A stretch of 64,000 nucleotides of DNA from Minisyncoccota bacterium (GCA_041651395.1 JBAZJI010000001.1:699920-763919), one strand, 5' to 3'. Counted from the stretch's first letter, positions 1 through 9,105 are shown. Numbers and translations are program-made. Notes: generated by a model from the letters alone, not told the origin.

Positions 1-544
1 CGATAAAGAAATATTTTGCTTGCTCTCTCCTTGCCCCCTTTGTATTAATATATTCCATCCGCAGCAAATGCATGCCATATGCCAAAACAACACAAAACCA
101 AGCCAGCCAAATATGAAAAACTGTCCCGCCGTAAGGCCAATAATTAAAATCAGTAACTCCAAAATATTTAACTGGATAAATCCCTGCCACAACCAAGTCA
201 GTAAAATAATCAAAGTAAGCAAATACAAAAGTTAAAATGTAGCCGAGAATTAAGAGAATAATATTTTTCTTCTCGGAGCCAAGAAAATAATAAATATAAT
301 GGATGTAAAAAATCGGGATAAAAATTGCCCCAATCATTAACAACCTTAAAAATAAAATCGCAAACTCAGCATTTTGTGACGTTTGCCAAACTCCAAAATT
401 AAGAGCCCAAAAAACCATCGAGATGGTCAGTAAGAAAAAAATTCTGTTCCCTTTATTGTCGGTATTCTTCAATAAAATGAAAAACCCAAGCAATGCCATC
501 AGGGCTGCATTTATTAAAGCGCCTATTGCGAAAACATTAAACAT
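1..544 (-). CDS. Sensor histidine kinase paralog; only the N-terminal multi-pass membrane domain is in the window (gene runs off the left edge)
   Basis: Absent from the ORF track because it has no in-window stop. Hand translation of the minus strand from ATG 544-542 (MFNVFAIGALINAALMALLGFFILLKNTDNKGNRIFFLLTISMVFW...) is stop-free to base 1. It is polytopic and aligns with the N-terminus of the 1700-3862 kinase. A GGGGA run lies 4 nt upstream of the ATG. Confidence 0.6.
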   Translation of the reverse strand, partial: MFNVFAIGALINAALMALLGFFILLKNTDNKGNRIFFLLTISMVFWALNFGVWQTSQNAEFAILFLRLLMIGAIFIPIFYIHYIYYFLGSEKKNIILLILGYILTFVFAYFDYFTDLVVAGIYPVKYFGVTDFNYWPYGGTVFHIWLAWFCVVLAYGMHLLRMEYINTKGARREQAKYFFI

Positions 545-594
545 AAAATCCCCGCCTATATTATACTATAGAAACGGGGATTAGTTAATTCACA

Positions 595-1503
595 TCATGG
601 CTTTACTGCCCTGATGATGAGGTCCTGACCGGCAAATGAATACTTTGTCTGGATATTAGTGAAGCCGATTACAGAAAGCATTTCCATAAACTCTTCTTCG
701 CTGTAAAGATGGAACATGCCGATGCGCCCAAAATATGCAATCTTGAGAGCAAAAAGCAATATTCTCAAACCGGTAATCGGCCTGATATTGCCATCTTTTA
801 TCCATCCGGCAACATTGAGCATGTGACGAATAGAAGCCGTGAACACCTTCACAAAATTGGTATTCTTTTTTGGGCTCGAAAAAATCAGTCGCCCTCCGCT
901 TTTCAATTTCTTGAAAAGCTCCGCAAGAATTAGTTGGAAAGCCTTCTTTCCCATGTACTTTTGACCATTGTAGAGAAAATAGATTGCGTAGACAAATCCC
1001 ATATTGGATGCAAAACCATCCACTGAGCTGTCTTGAATGCAATCAAACCCCATACAAACGTCGAAGTACTTGATCTTGACCCTGCGATCTTCCTTGAGCG
1101 AAAGAGGTAAATCCGGCATGATGTCACTTGCGTGAACTGTTCCTTGAGCGCCAACTTTTGAAAGAAGGCGCTTGGAAACATTTCCCTGTCCACAACATAA
1201 ATCCACCCAAGCCTCGCCATCTCTTGCATCAAGTATAGAATCGAAATCCTCAATCAGCTTCTTGTAAGCCGGCGTCGGTTCAATTCCTTTACCATAAGAG
1301 TCTTTTGTGCCTGTGAGGTATTTATAGACCGTTGTCATATACCTCTTCCACATCTTCCCATTTATCGCCAGAACCTGTTCGAGCGTTAACGGAGATTTGA
1401 AACCACGCAGCCACAATTTCTTGTTACCGACTGGATTCTCTCCAAGCTCATCAAGATTCCTGACATAATCAACAGAAGAGCAAGCATCATTTATCTTTTT
1501 CAT
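595..1503 (-). CDS. Class I SAM-dependent methyltransferase
   Basis: Motif I VDLCCGQGNVS, acidic residue after beta-2 (HASDI), and LKSGGRLIFSSP, typical of the Rossmann-fold methyltransferase core. 302 aa. Confidence 0.75.
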   Translation of the reverse strand: MKKINDACSSVDYVRNLDELGENPVGNKKLWLRGFKSPLTLEQVLAINGKMWKRYMTTVYKYLTGTKDSYGKGIEPTPAYKKLIEDFDSILDARDGEAWVDLCCGQGNVSKRLLSKVGAQGTVHASDIMPDLPLSLKEDRRVKIKYFDVCMGFDCIQDSSVDGFASNMGFVYAIYFLYNGQKYMGKKAFQLILAELFKKLKSGGRLIFSSPKKNTNFVKVFTASIRHMLNVAGWIKDGNIRPITGLRILLFALKIAYFGRIGMFHLYSEEEFMEMLSVIGFTNIQTKYSFAGQDLIIRAVKP

Positions 1504-1592
1504 GAAATCCTCCTTATGATGGCAGAACCTATTTATTAAGTTGTAAAATCACAAGAAATTAACTTTCGATTTTTCTTGTTTCTATATTTATT

Positions 1593-1621
1593 ATTATAGC
1601 ATATTTTATGCCAAAAATCAA
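1593..1621 (-). promoter_or_regulatory. Sigma70-type promoter for the methyltransferase gene
   Basis: Minus strand: TTGATT-N17-TATAAT with TGC directly upstream of the -10 box. Confidence 0.5.
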
Positions 1622-1699
1622 TGGACGAACTTCCCTTATTTTATAAGCAAAAACTCCGCTTTTAGCGAAGCGCATTAATTAAATATTAGAAATTAGACC

Positions 1700-3862
1700 T
1701 TAAGCATTGGGCATCTCTATTAGATACTCCGCTCCCTGCCCCAGGCCTTGCGAGTCAACCTTAATTTTCCCCTTCTGCATCTCCACCATTTTTTTGGCCA
1801 GATACATGGCAATGCCAGAAACAAGGGACAAGCCAACTCCCTCACTATTTGTAGGCGGTTGCTTATTAAAAATATTTTTCAAATCCTCATGCGAAAACCC
1901 TTCGCCATTATCACGTACCAATACCCTATGCAAATTTTTTGCCGTTTCGAGCTTCACGAAAATTTTACCCCGTGGCGTATGCGCCATAGAATTGGCAATC
2001 ACATTATATATTGCCTGTTCGCAAGCTTGCCTATCCCCTTTGGCAATTATTTTGGCGCTTGGCTTCTCAAAGGATAAAGCTACGCCAGTCTTCTGCGCCT
2101 CGGGCGTGAGCTGCAAAACCACACTAGCCACAATTACGCCTAAATCAATTTCTTCGCTCTTCAAAACCGTTTTGCCGCTCTCCAGCCGGCTCATATCCAA
2201 AAGATCATTGGTGAAGCTAATCAGCTGCTCATTGGCTTTGTAGGCTGTTGCTAAACGCGCTTGGGCATCAGCCGGCGCCTTGCCATAATCCCCATCCTTA
2301 ATAACAGCCAAATATCCTTTGATAATGGTTAAGGGAGCGCGCAACTGATGACTGGCAATAGAGACAAATTCACTTTTTGCCTTGTCGAGCTGCTTTAATC
2401 TTTCGTTAGCCTCCTCAAGCTCATTGGTTTTTTGGCGCACACTATTTTCTAAGCGCGCTCCAAATGATTTGATACGGGAATAATACTGGGCATTTTGCAA
2501 AGCAATTGAGGCATGCATAGCTAAAGCACCCAACAAAGCCACGTCCTGTTCTGAAAATTGATCGCTGATATTTTTATTCCCCAACAAAATAACCCCACTT
2601 AATTTATTCTCCACGGCCAAGGGTAAACATAAATTCACGGCCGCCTTTTTCATTTCCTGCCCCAAATCATGGAACCGGCGCTTTTCATAATCATTATTAA
2701 CCGCCTTTGTCGCCAATTCCGGAATGTCCTCGGCGGAAACAGGCTTAAGGCACTCCCCTAAATAAATCTCGAGAAAATCTCCTTTTAGAAAATATTGCAA
2801 CTTGCTTCTTTCAAAACCCCGGCTTTGGATTATGGCTACGCCCCCCTTTTCATTCTTGATGGCAATAGCGGCCTTATCCAAATGCATGATTTCGCAAATG
2901 GTATCTAAGAGCAGCGTGCTTAGTTTATCCAATTCCAAAAATCTATTGGCTTTGCGACCAAGGTCAGAAAGCGCTTTTTGATAGGAGTGATAGGTGTAAT
3001 AAAAATACTTTTCCGCAATACGCTCATAGAAAGCAAAAAGCGGCTGGTAAAAAATAACGCCCAAAGCCAAAAGCGCAGACCATAAATAGGTGGCAGGGAT
3101 CGAGTACCCCAAATAATTATGGCCGAAGACCAAAAGGAAGGCCGAGCCAATGATGGTTAAATATGTAGAGGCATAAATAAATCCTCGCCCTACTACAAAA
3201 CTGATATCCATAAAGCGGTAGCGAAGAATGGCGTAAATTACGATAATAGTACTAATAGGAATTGCGAGATAAGAAATTGGGAATAGGCCAATATTATATG
3301 CTGGCAAAATTGCCAATCCTGCCACGGCATAGACGGCAAAACCAATGAGAATTATCCTTGCTTGATTCTTTTGACTACCAGAGCTTTTTAGAAATATTCT
3401 GATGATATTAAAAAAGAATAGAATGGTGTAAAAAATGAATACAATAAACCAAATGTCATGATAGAACTGAGCCCTTGCATGCTTACCCCATTCATAAGTA
3501 AACACGCCATTATAAAATTTATCTGTCTGGGTCAAATAAATATAGCAAACAGCAACGATATACCCAATCCATAAAAATAGACTTTTTTTATCATCCTGAC
3601 CAGAGAAGACTAAGCTAAAGTGGAACATCAGAACCGGGATAAACAAAACTGCAATATTTGCAAGACGATCCCAAAAAAGTATATCAGAATCAGTTGTACT
3701 GCCAAACATTACCACAGTCGTAAACAACCATTGAGACGCAACAAAACAAGATATCGCATATATCTTGTTTTCTCTTTTTGGATTCTTATTAAAAAACAAT
3801 ATAAGGGCAAGCCCCAAATTCAAAATTCCGCTTATTAGTGCTAATTGAGCGGCAAGAATCAT
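1700..3862 (-). CDS. Sensor histidine kinase (multi-TM sensor, GAF-like domain, HisKA, HATPase_c)
   Basis: About 7 N-terminal hydrophobic helices. H-box SEFVSIASHQLRAPLT. N-box NVIANSMAHTP. D/G boxes VRDNGEGF and GVGLSL. Confidence 0.9.
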   Translation of the reverse strand: MILAAQLALISGILNLGLALILFFNKNPKRENKIYAISCFVASQWLFTTVVMFGSTTDSDILFWDRLANIAVLFIPVLMFHFSLVFSGQDDKKSLFLWIGYIVAVCYIYLTQTDKFYNGVFTYEWGKHARAQFYHDIWFIVFIFYTILFFFNIIRIFLKSSGSQKNQARIILIGFAVYAVAGLAILPAYNIGLFPISYLAIPISTIIVIYAILRYRFMDISFVVGRGFIYASTYLTIIGSAFLLVFGHNYLGYSIPATYLWSALLALGVIFYQPLFAFYERIAEKYFYYTYHSYQKALSDLGRKANRFLELDKLSTLLLDTICEIMHLDKAAIAIKNEKGGVAIIQSRGFERSKLQYFLKGDFLEIYLGECLKPVSAEDIPELATKAVNNDYEKRRFHDLGQEMKKAAVNLCLPLAVENKLSGVILLGNKNISDQFSEQDVALLGALAMHASIALQNAQYYSRIKSFGARLENSVRQKTNELEEANERLKQLDKAKSEFVSIASHQLRAPLTIIKGYLAVIKDGDYGKAPADAQARLATAYKANEQLISFTNDLLDMSRLESGKTVLKSEEIDLGVIVASVVLQLTPEAQKTGVALSFEKPSAKIIAKGDRQACEQAIYNVIANSMAHTPRGKIFVKLETAKNLHRVLVRDNGEGFSHEDLKNIFNKQPPTNSEGVGLSLVSGIAMYLAKKMVEMQKGKIKVDSQGLGQGAEYLIEMPNA

Positions 3863-3911
3863 ACTACTTTAGTTTAATTAATTTATACGACAAAAACAAT
3901 AAACAAAGAGG

Positions 3912-5090
3912 TCAAGCTTCCGCTTGACCTATTTTTATTTTTTCACCAAAACTTGTGAATTCTGCGCACTCTATCAATTCGGGATGAGATTCGAAATTTC
4001 TACCCTCTCTCTTCGCTCCGTCAACATCTACCTTGCCAACCTGATCCTCTTTCCTCCCTTCATATGCCATCAGTATTGCATTACTGATGCAGGCATGAAT
4101 ATACTGAGGGGTTGGCTCGAGATTGAATCGATAAATAATGTTCGGAGTAAATAGAACCCCACCATCCACAATTACGACATCAGGTCTTGTTGTCAAAATA
4201 GACTTAGAAGTATTCCTAGGCCAAGTTATGTCGTAAACTACCGCGCCGAATCCAAGGTGTTCTGGCTTGATAATTGCATCAGTCGAGCTGGTTGCAACTA
4301 TTACCAAGTTCGCATCTTTGATTCGGGAAATATCGGAGCTGACAGTTAGCTTGCTAGAACTGCCCGGTGCCCTTTTGCTGACAGAAGACTGTAAATTTGC
4401 CAATTCGCTCTGGTCGCGTGCAATACAAATCAAATCGTATCCATCGTCGGCCAACATCTGAGAAACAGCGGACCCAATGGATCCTGTAGCACCTACAACG
4501 GCTACTACCGGTTTCCCATCTCCCCATATCTTCTCATAGACATCGAGTGGCAACTTTTTTGTTATGTATGCTGTCAGCCAATTACCATTGATTACGGTAA
4601 TTCCTTTGACTGAACCAACAAGATCATTTCCACCATTGCTAACAACCGACGTCAAGGCTCCAAGGCTAACTATCTTTGCCCCAAGAAACCGAGCAAGCTT
4701 TAAGGCTTGGACTATTTTACGCATAGCCGGAACCTTATACTTGGGCGAAGGATTTAACAAATTCCTTGCCATAACCGGGACTGCAATTATCCAACCAACA
4801 ACCTTTCCTGAACCTTTGATCTGACATCGGAAAGCAAATGGTGGAAGCTTTTGCATATTTTTTTTCAACCAACTCTCAAACACCTCCAAAGGCTCTTTTT
4901 TCAGCTCCCTCTTCAAGACTTTCTTGTAGAATTTCTTGATTAGGAAACAATTATAAATTGAAGAAAAAATACTAAAGATATTCTTCAGCCATGGAAAGGC
5001 CTTACTAAAATCATCATAGGCACTATTCATTGGGTGTATGAGGTGTGCAAAAACTAATCCTTCTTTCGGCCAACGGAAATTGGGTTTCAT
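3912..5090 (-). CDS. NAD(P)-dependent oxidoreductase of the COG5322 / acyl-ACP reductase-like family
   Basis: Rossmann motif VAVVGATGSIGSAV and the later ACISNAILMAYEG resemble cyanobacterial acyl-ACP reductase (VAVVGATGDIGSAV ... FACFAEAMLLEFEG, recalled from memory), including the catalytic Cys position. GGAGGAG Shine-Dalgarno (SD) upstream of the ATG. Confidence 0.55.
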   Translation of the reverse strand: MKPNFRWPKEGLVFAHLIHPMNSAYDDFSKAFPWLKNIFSIFSSIYNCFLIKKFYKKVLKRELKKEPLEVFESWLKKNMQKLPPFAFRCQIKGSGKVVGWIIAVPVMARNLLNPSPKYKVPAMRKIVQALKLARFLGAKIVSLGALTSVVSNGGNDLVGSVKGITVINGNWLTAYITKKLPLDVYEKIWGDGKPVVAVVGATGSIGSAVSQMLADDGYDLICIARDQSELANLQSSVSKRAPGSSSKLTVSSDISRIKDANLVIVATSSTDAIIKPEHLGFGAVVYDITWPRNTSKSILTTRPDVVIVDGGVLFTPNIIYRFNLEPTPQYIHACISNAILMAYEGRKEDQVGKVDVDGAKREGRNFESHPELIECAEFTSFGEKIKIGQAEA

Positions 5091-5138
5091 TTATCTCCTC
5101 CTTATTATCCTTATTCTATTTTTCGTGAACTTGTTATA

Positions 5139-5166
5139 ATTATAGCACATTTTTGCAAAAAATCAA
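5139..5166 (-). promoter_or_regulatory. Sigma70-type promoter for 3912-5090
   Basis: Minus strand: TTGATT-N16-TATAAT (tgtgcTATAAT). A TGtTATAAT on the plus strand at 5132-5140 could serve the divergent 5209 gene. Confidence 0.5.
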
Positions 5167-5208
5167 GCTGTTTTTACCCTTGTTTTTGCTACAATAATAG
5201 CAAATCAC

Positions 5209-5691
5209 ATGCCCGATAAAGATTGGAACAAATTGGGAGATTTGCTCAATAAATACCAAATAAAGAGGGATTTTAAGAAAACTAAAGAACCCAAAGGCAC
5301 GCCTTCCCCTGCTTCCAAAAAGCACGAACCAGTTTTTGTAGTGCAAGAGCATTGGGCCAGCCACCATCACTTTGATTTGCGCCTAGAAATGGAAGGAATT
5401 TTGAAATCTTGGGCCGTGCCCAAACAAATACCTTTAGAAAAAGGAGAAAAGTTTTTAGCCGTGGCCGTTGAAGACCATCCATTAGAATATGCTAATTTTG
5501 AAGGAGAAATCCCCGAAGGAGAATATGGCGGGGGTAAAGTAAAAATCTGGGACAGGGGCACATACAAAATTATTGAGCAGAGTCGCAGGAAAATAATATT
5601 TTTTGCCCGCGGGCAAAAAATGGAAGGCCGCTACGCCTTAGTGAAGTTCACCGAAGATCCTAAGAATTGGCTCTTAGTCAAAGAAAAATAA
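5209..5691 (+). CDS. Stand-alone DNA ligase D 3'-phosphoesterase (PE) domain protein
   Basis: VFVVQEHWASHHHFDLRLEMEGILKSWAVPK...AVAVEDHPLEYANFEGEIPEGEYGGGKVKIWDRGTY matches the LigD PE domain signature (His/Asp/Arg metal and phosphate ligands). 160 aa, with no ligase or polymerase domain attached. Confidence 0.85.
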   Translation: MPDKDWNKLGDLLNKYQIKRDFKKTKEPKGTPSPASKKHEPVFVVQEHWASHHHFDLRLEMEGILKSWAVPKQIPLEKGEKFLAVAVEDHPLEYANFEGEIPEGEYGGGKVKIWDRGTYKIIEQSRRKIIFFARGQKMEGRYALVKFTEDPKNWLLVKEK

Positions 5692-5693
5692 TA

Positions 5694-5718
5694 AGCCCGC
5701 CGTATGGCGGGCTGTTTC
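5694..5718. terminator. Bidirectional intrinsic terminator between convergent genes
   Basis: AGCCCGCC-gtat-GGCGGGCT with T-rich tracts on both strands. Confidence 0.7.
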
Positions 5719-5741
5719 AATTAAATATTGATAGTCATATC

Positions 5742-6872
5742 TTACGGTTCCTTTACTGTGTTCGTCGGTTGGCGCATCAGCTCGGCAATACTCACAATAT
5801 TTTTAACCGGCGCAACAATCTCTGGCTTCTTATTAATATTTAGCCACTGCCCTTCCAGAGAAAAAACGATTTTTGGCGTTTCATAACTTGGCTCGTCCAA
5901 AACAATATCTCCATTAATTATTAATCGGCGCGGCGTATAATCATGCATCACCCATAACTCAATCTGTTTAACTGAAAGCATATCTACTATCTTTTCCACT
6001 ACTTCTTGGCTTACTTCCCCGCCGCTGCGCCTGATAACATCATAGAGAAATTGGGAAAATTTTTGGCGATCAAAAAGCAATTCAAAGGCATAAACCGAAT
6101 CGTTGCCGATTTTTTTCTTACCCAAATAATTCCCGACAGAAACAAATTTACTTTCCGTAAAAGTGCTTAATGCAGCATCTTGGAATAGCGTTCTACCTTT
6201 AAGGCCTTTTTCGTAATAACCTTTAAGGTGAGATTCGATTTCCGGATTGGAAGCGCCAAGCGAATTGGCAATTTTTTCTACATCCTGTTTTTCAATTTTT
6301 AGCCACGTGCCGCGCCCCACATTCGAAGAAAATCTCTCTCCCAGAAATTCATTAACATAATCGGAATTAAAATATAATGCCCCATCTTTATAAATTGCCC
6401 CAACCTTAATCTCGGGAGTCAAAGAAGAAGTAAGCGCCAATTCTGTTTTATTCTGCGGATTATCTAAAAATTCAAAATCATTATCGGCCGCGCCAGCCAG
6501 CTCGGCCGTAACTTTCTGCCCGGACATATAAGCCTCAGCCTTGGCCTCCATTTGCATAGAATAGTATTTCAGGCTCTGTAATTTTTCAAAAGATTTTTCT
6601 AGTAAAAACTTAGCTTGCGGGCGGGCCAAATTATCATAGGCGCAATAGCCGGCCACGATAAAACCAATTGAAGAGAAAAATAAAAAGGCGATCGTCCAAG
6701 GCGAACGCTTTTTGACCGGCAACGGCATGCCGATACCATTGGCTATGAAGGCTTCGCTAATGTCTACGTCAGTCCAGCCATTGGCTTTCAGCTCATCTTT
6801 TATTTTGAGCTGAGATTCATCCGTTTCTAAACGATTTTTGACATAATCAATCAGCTGCTGAGTTGCGGCCAT
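5742..6872 (-). CDS. Hypothetical membrane-anchored protein (short cytoplasmic N-domain, one TM, large extracytoplasmic domain)
   Basis: 376-aa ORF with a TM segment WTIAFLFFSSIGFIVAGYCAY. No recognisable catalytic motif. Confidence 0.6.
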   Translation of the reverse strand: MAATQQLIDYVKNRLETDESQLKIKDELKANGWTDVDISEAFIANGIGMPLPVKKRSPWTIAFLFFSSIGFIVAGYCAYDNLARPQAKFLLEKSFEKLQSLKYYSMQMEAKAEAYMSGQKVTAELAGAADNDFEFLDNPQNKTELALTSSLTPEIKVGAIYKDGALYFNSDYVNEFLGERFSSNVGRGTWLKIEKQDVEKIANSLGASNPEIESHLKGYYEKGLKGRTLFQDAALSTFTESKFVSVGNYLGKKKIGNDSVYAFELLFDRQKFSQFLYDVIRRSGGEVSQEVVEKIVDMLSVKQIELWVMHDYTPRRLIINGDIVLDEPSYETPKIVFSLEGQWLNINKKPEIVAPVKNIVSIAELMRQPTNTVKEP

Positions 6873-6933
6873 AGTTTTGACAATTTTATGATATCATTTT
6901 AAGATTGCATGAACAAAAACAATTTCCACAAAT

Positions 6934-7491
6934 ATGCAAAGACAAATTGCTTTGGATTTGCTCAATTCCAAATTACAAAACAAAAATCTCATCAAGCACA
7001 GTTTGGCCGTAGAGGCGGCCATGAAAGCTTTAGCCATTCACTTTGACGAAAATGAAAGCGATTGGGCCTTGGCCGGGCTTTTACATGATGTCGATTATTC
7101 AATGGTAGTCCCGGATAGGTTGAGCGAACATTCAAAGCTTGGCGCGCAGATCTGCCAAGAAAACGGCTTAAGCGAAGAAATCTGCCAAGCAATTCTAGCC
7201 CACAACGAAGCTCATGGCCAAGAGCCCCAAAGCAAAATGGGTAAAGCCTTGCGCTCGATCGACCCCCTCACCGGCCTCATTGTAGCCACGGCTTTAGTGC
7301 TACCTTCCAAAAAAATTGCTGAAGTAAAAGTTGAAACCGTGCTTAATCGAATGGATGAAAAATCCTTTGCCAAGGGAGCTAACCGCGACATTATCCGCAA
7401 TGGAGAAAAACTTTTAGAAATGCCTTTAGTGGAAATTATCGCTATTGTTTTGCAGGCTATGCAGGAGATTTCGAAGGAAATCGGACTATGA
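6934..7491 (+). CDS. HD-domain metal-dependent phosphohydrolase
   Basis: H...HD signature (KHSLAVEAAM ... GLLHDVDY) and a later HNEAHG. 185 aa. Confidence 0.75.
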   Translation: MQRQIALDLLNSKLQNKNLIKHSLAVEAAMKALAIHFDENESDWALAGLLHDVDYSMVVPDRLSEHSKLGAQICQENGLSEEICQAILAHNEAHGQEPQSKMGKALRSIDPLTGLIVATALVLPSKKIAEVKVETVLNRMDEKSFAKGANRDIIRNGEKLLEMPLVEIIAIVLQAMQEISKEIGL

Positions 7492-7522
7492 AAAAGCCCT
7501 TCTATAATGAAGGGCTATTATT

Positions 7523-7801
7523 TTAGGCTATCTCCCAAAAAGAAACACAGACTTCCCGCTGACCGTGACCACACAGAAAAAGCGAATCGTTAAAATCCTG
7601 ATCGGCAAATCCCGGCTCTAACTTGTAATAGACCACACCAGACATTCGCTGCATACCAAAAAGCTTAACAGCCTTTTGGTAGCATTCTTCGACACTAAAA
7701 CCACAAATTCGCGCACCAACTTTGCGACATCCTTCATTTTCGTAATGTGCCGGCAATATTTCTAACGTTCTCTTTCCTTCATCGATACAAATGCTCATCA
7801 T
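7523..7801 (-). CDS. Hypothetical small protein
   Basis: 92-aa ORF preceded by GAGAAGGAGAG SD. No motif recognised. Confidence 0.5.
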   Translation of the reverse strand: MMSICIDEGKRTLEILPAHYENEGCRKVGARICGFSVEECYQKAVKLFGMQRMSGVVYYKLEPGFADQDFNDSLFLCGHGQREVCVSFWEIA

Positions 7802-7865
7802 TTCTCTCCTTCTCTGCCATTTGAGGATGGCTTCCCTAAATAAATTTTGAATGTACCGAAAACAA

Positions 7866-7894
7866 AAAGCGGCCCTCTGCGGACCGCTTTTTTG
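7866..7894. terminator. Strong hairpin terminator, usable on both strands
   Basis: aaaAAGCGGCCCtctgcGGACCGCTTttttg. On the minus strand it is followed by tttttgtttt. Confidence 0.65.
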
Positions 7895-8056
7895 ATCAAA
7901 ATGCTTATCAGATCAAACAAAATGCAGTCCACGCAAAAATGGCCTTCAACATGCCCTTCTTACAAATCATATTAAATTGTCTGGAAGCCAAACAATTCAT
8001 GGACTTTTTATTTGATAATTAATACTAACATATTATCCAAATGTGTCAACACTAAC

Positions 8057-8578
8057 TTATTCAATACAGCAATCAATGACTTTTTTAACCAAATCTCCGA
8101 ACTTACCCATAAAACCTTCGGGCTTTTTGTCGCTCTTATTCAGCGCTTCATCGGGAATTTTCTTCACGTCCCCAGCGCTCACCAATTTCAAATTAAGCGC
8201 CCAAAAAAGTGAATACAATGTATAAGCCTTATCAAACAAATTCTTTGATTCTTCCTTATTTCCCCTCTTTAGCTCCTTGGTAGCAACCTCATAAAGCCGA
8301 TAACTGGCCGCCAATAAATGTTTGGAGATACACCAAACCTCGCCCTCATACTCCCTAATTATCTTTTTAAGGAGGTCGGTGCGCATAGTGCGTACTTCGT
8401 TTAAGATATCAAAGTATTGGGGGTTATTGGTTTTCTCGGCCGTAAAAAACAGGTGCTCCTCAATGCCCACTAAATTCATAATGGCCACTGACAAATCCTC
8501 GTCGGCTGATAAATCCAGCTTCTTGGCGCCGCCCGCCTCTACTTTTTGCAATAATTCTTCGTATTTTTGTTGGTCCAT
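8057..8578 (-). CDS. Hypothetical helical protein, last gene of the 10021-8057 operon
   Basis: 173-aa ORF lying 12 nt downstream of the preceding gene. No motif recognised. Confidence 0.55.
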   Translation of the reverse strand: MDQQKYEELLQKVEAGGAKKLDLSADEDLSVAIMNLVGIEEHLFFTAEKTNNPQYFDILNEVRTMRTDLLKKIIREYEGEVWCISKHLLAASYRLYEVATKELKRGNKEESKNLFDKAYTLYSLFWALNLKLVSAGDVKKIPDEALNKSDKKPEGFMGKFGDLVKKVIDCCIE

Positions 8579-8590
8579 ATTAATAGATGT

Positions 8591-9103
8591 TTAACACTTG
8601 GTTATATAATAGAAAACTAAACTTGCCAAGGATAAAAGCCCGATAGGCACAATAACTTTTTGGAAATACATATAAACTTCCCCCTGATTAATCTGGCGGA
8701 TTTTCTCCTCCAACCACTCACCGAAACGGAATAAGAACCCACCGATAACTATGCCTACTAAAATTTTAGGAAAACTCCAGATTTTTTCGCAATCCGTGCC
8801 CAGCATATTAGCCCAAAGCAATGAATAATAAGCCGCGGCAAAATACAGGATATATACTATTTTACGCTTCAAAAAAAATTTTATTCCCTTCTTATCCAGC
8901 CAGACAATGGTCCAAAGCGAGATAGAAGTCAAAAGCCCTCCCATCCAAAGGCCGCTAATCGTATCATCAATACCGACCATCCGCGAAAATCCCGCGCCCG
9001 CTACCACGGCAATGGTACAAACCGGGCAGACCGCCAAGGCACTTTGCGCCAAAAGCAGTGAAAGGATTGAAAGAGAAAAAATTTTTACAAATTTATTTTC
9101 CAT
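8591..9103 (-). CDS. Polytopic membrane protein with CPVC motif plus two further predicted outward-facing Cys
   Basis: Start trimmed to ATG 9103 (MENKFVKIFSLSILSLLLAQSALAVCPVCTIAV...), 2 nt after the stop of the upstream gene. About 5 hydrophobic segments. Cys residues occur in CPVC, GTDCEK and the C-terminal TKC. Confidence 0.6.
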   Translation of the reverse strand: MENKFVKIFSLSILSLLLAQSALAVCPVCTIAVVAGAGFSRMVGIDDTISGLWMGGLLTSISLWTIVWLDKKGIKFFLKRKIVYILYFAAAYYSLLWANMLGTDCEKIWSFPKILVGIVIGGFLFRFGEWLEEKIRQINQGEVYMYFQKVIVPIGLLSLASLVFYYITKC

Positions 9104-9105
9104 AT

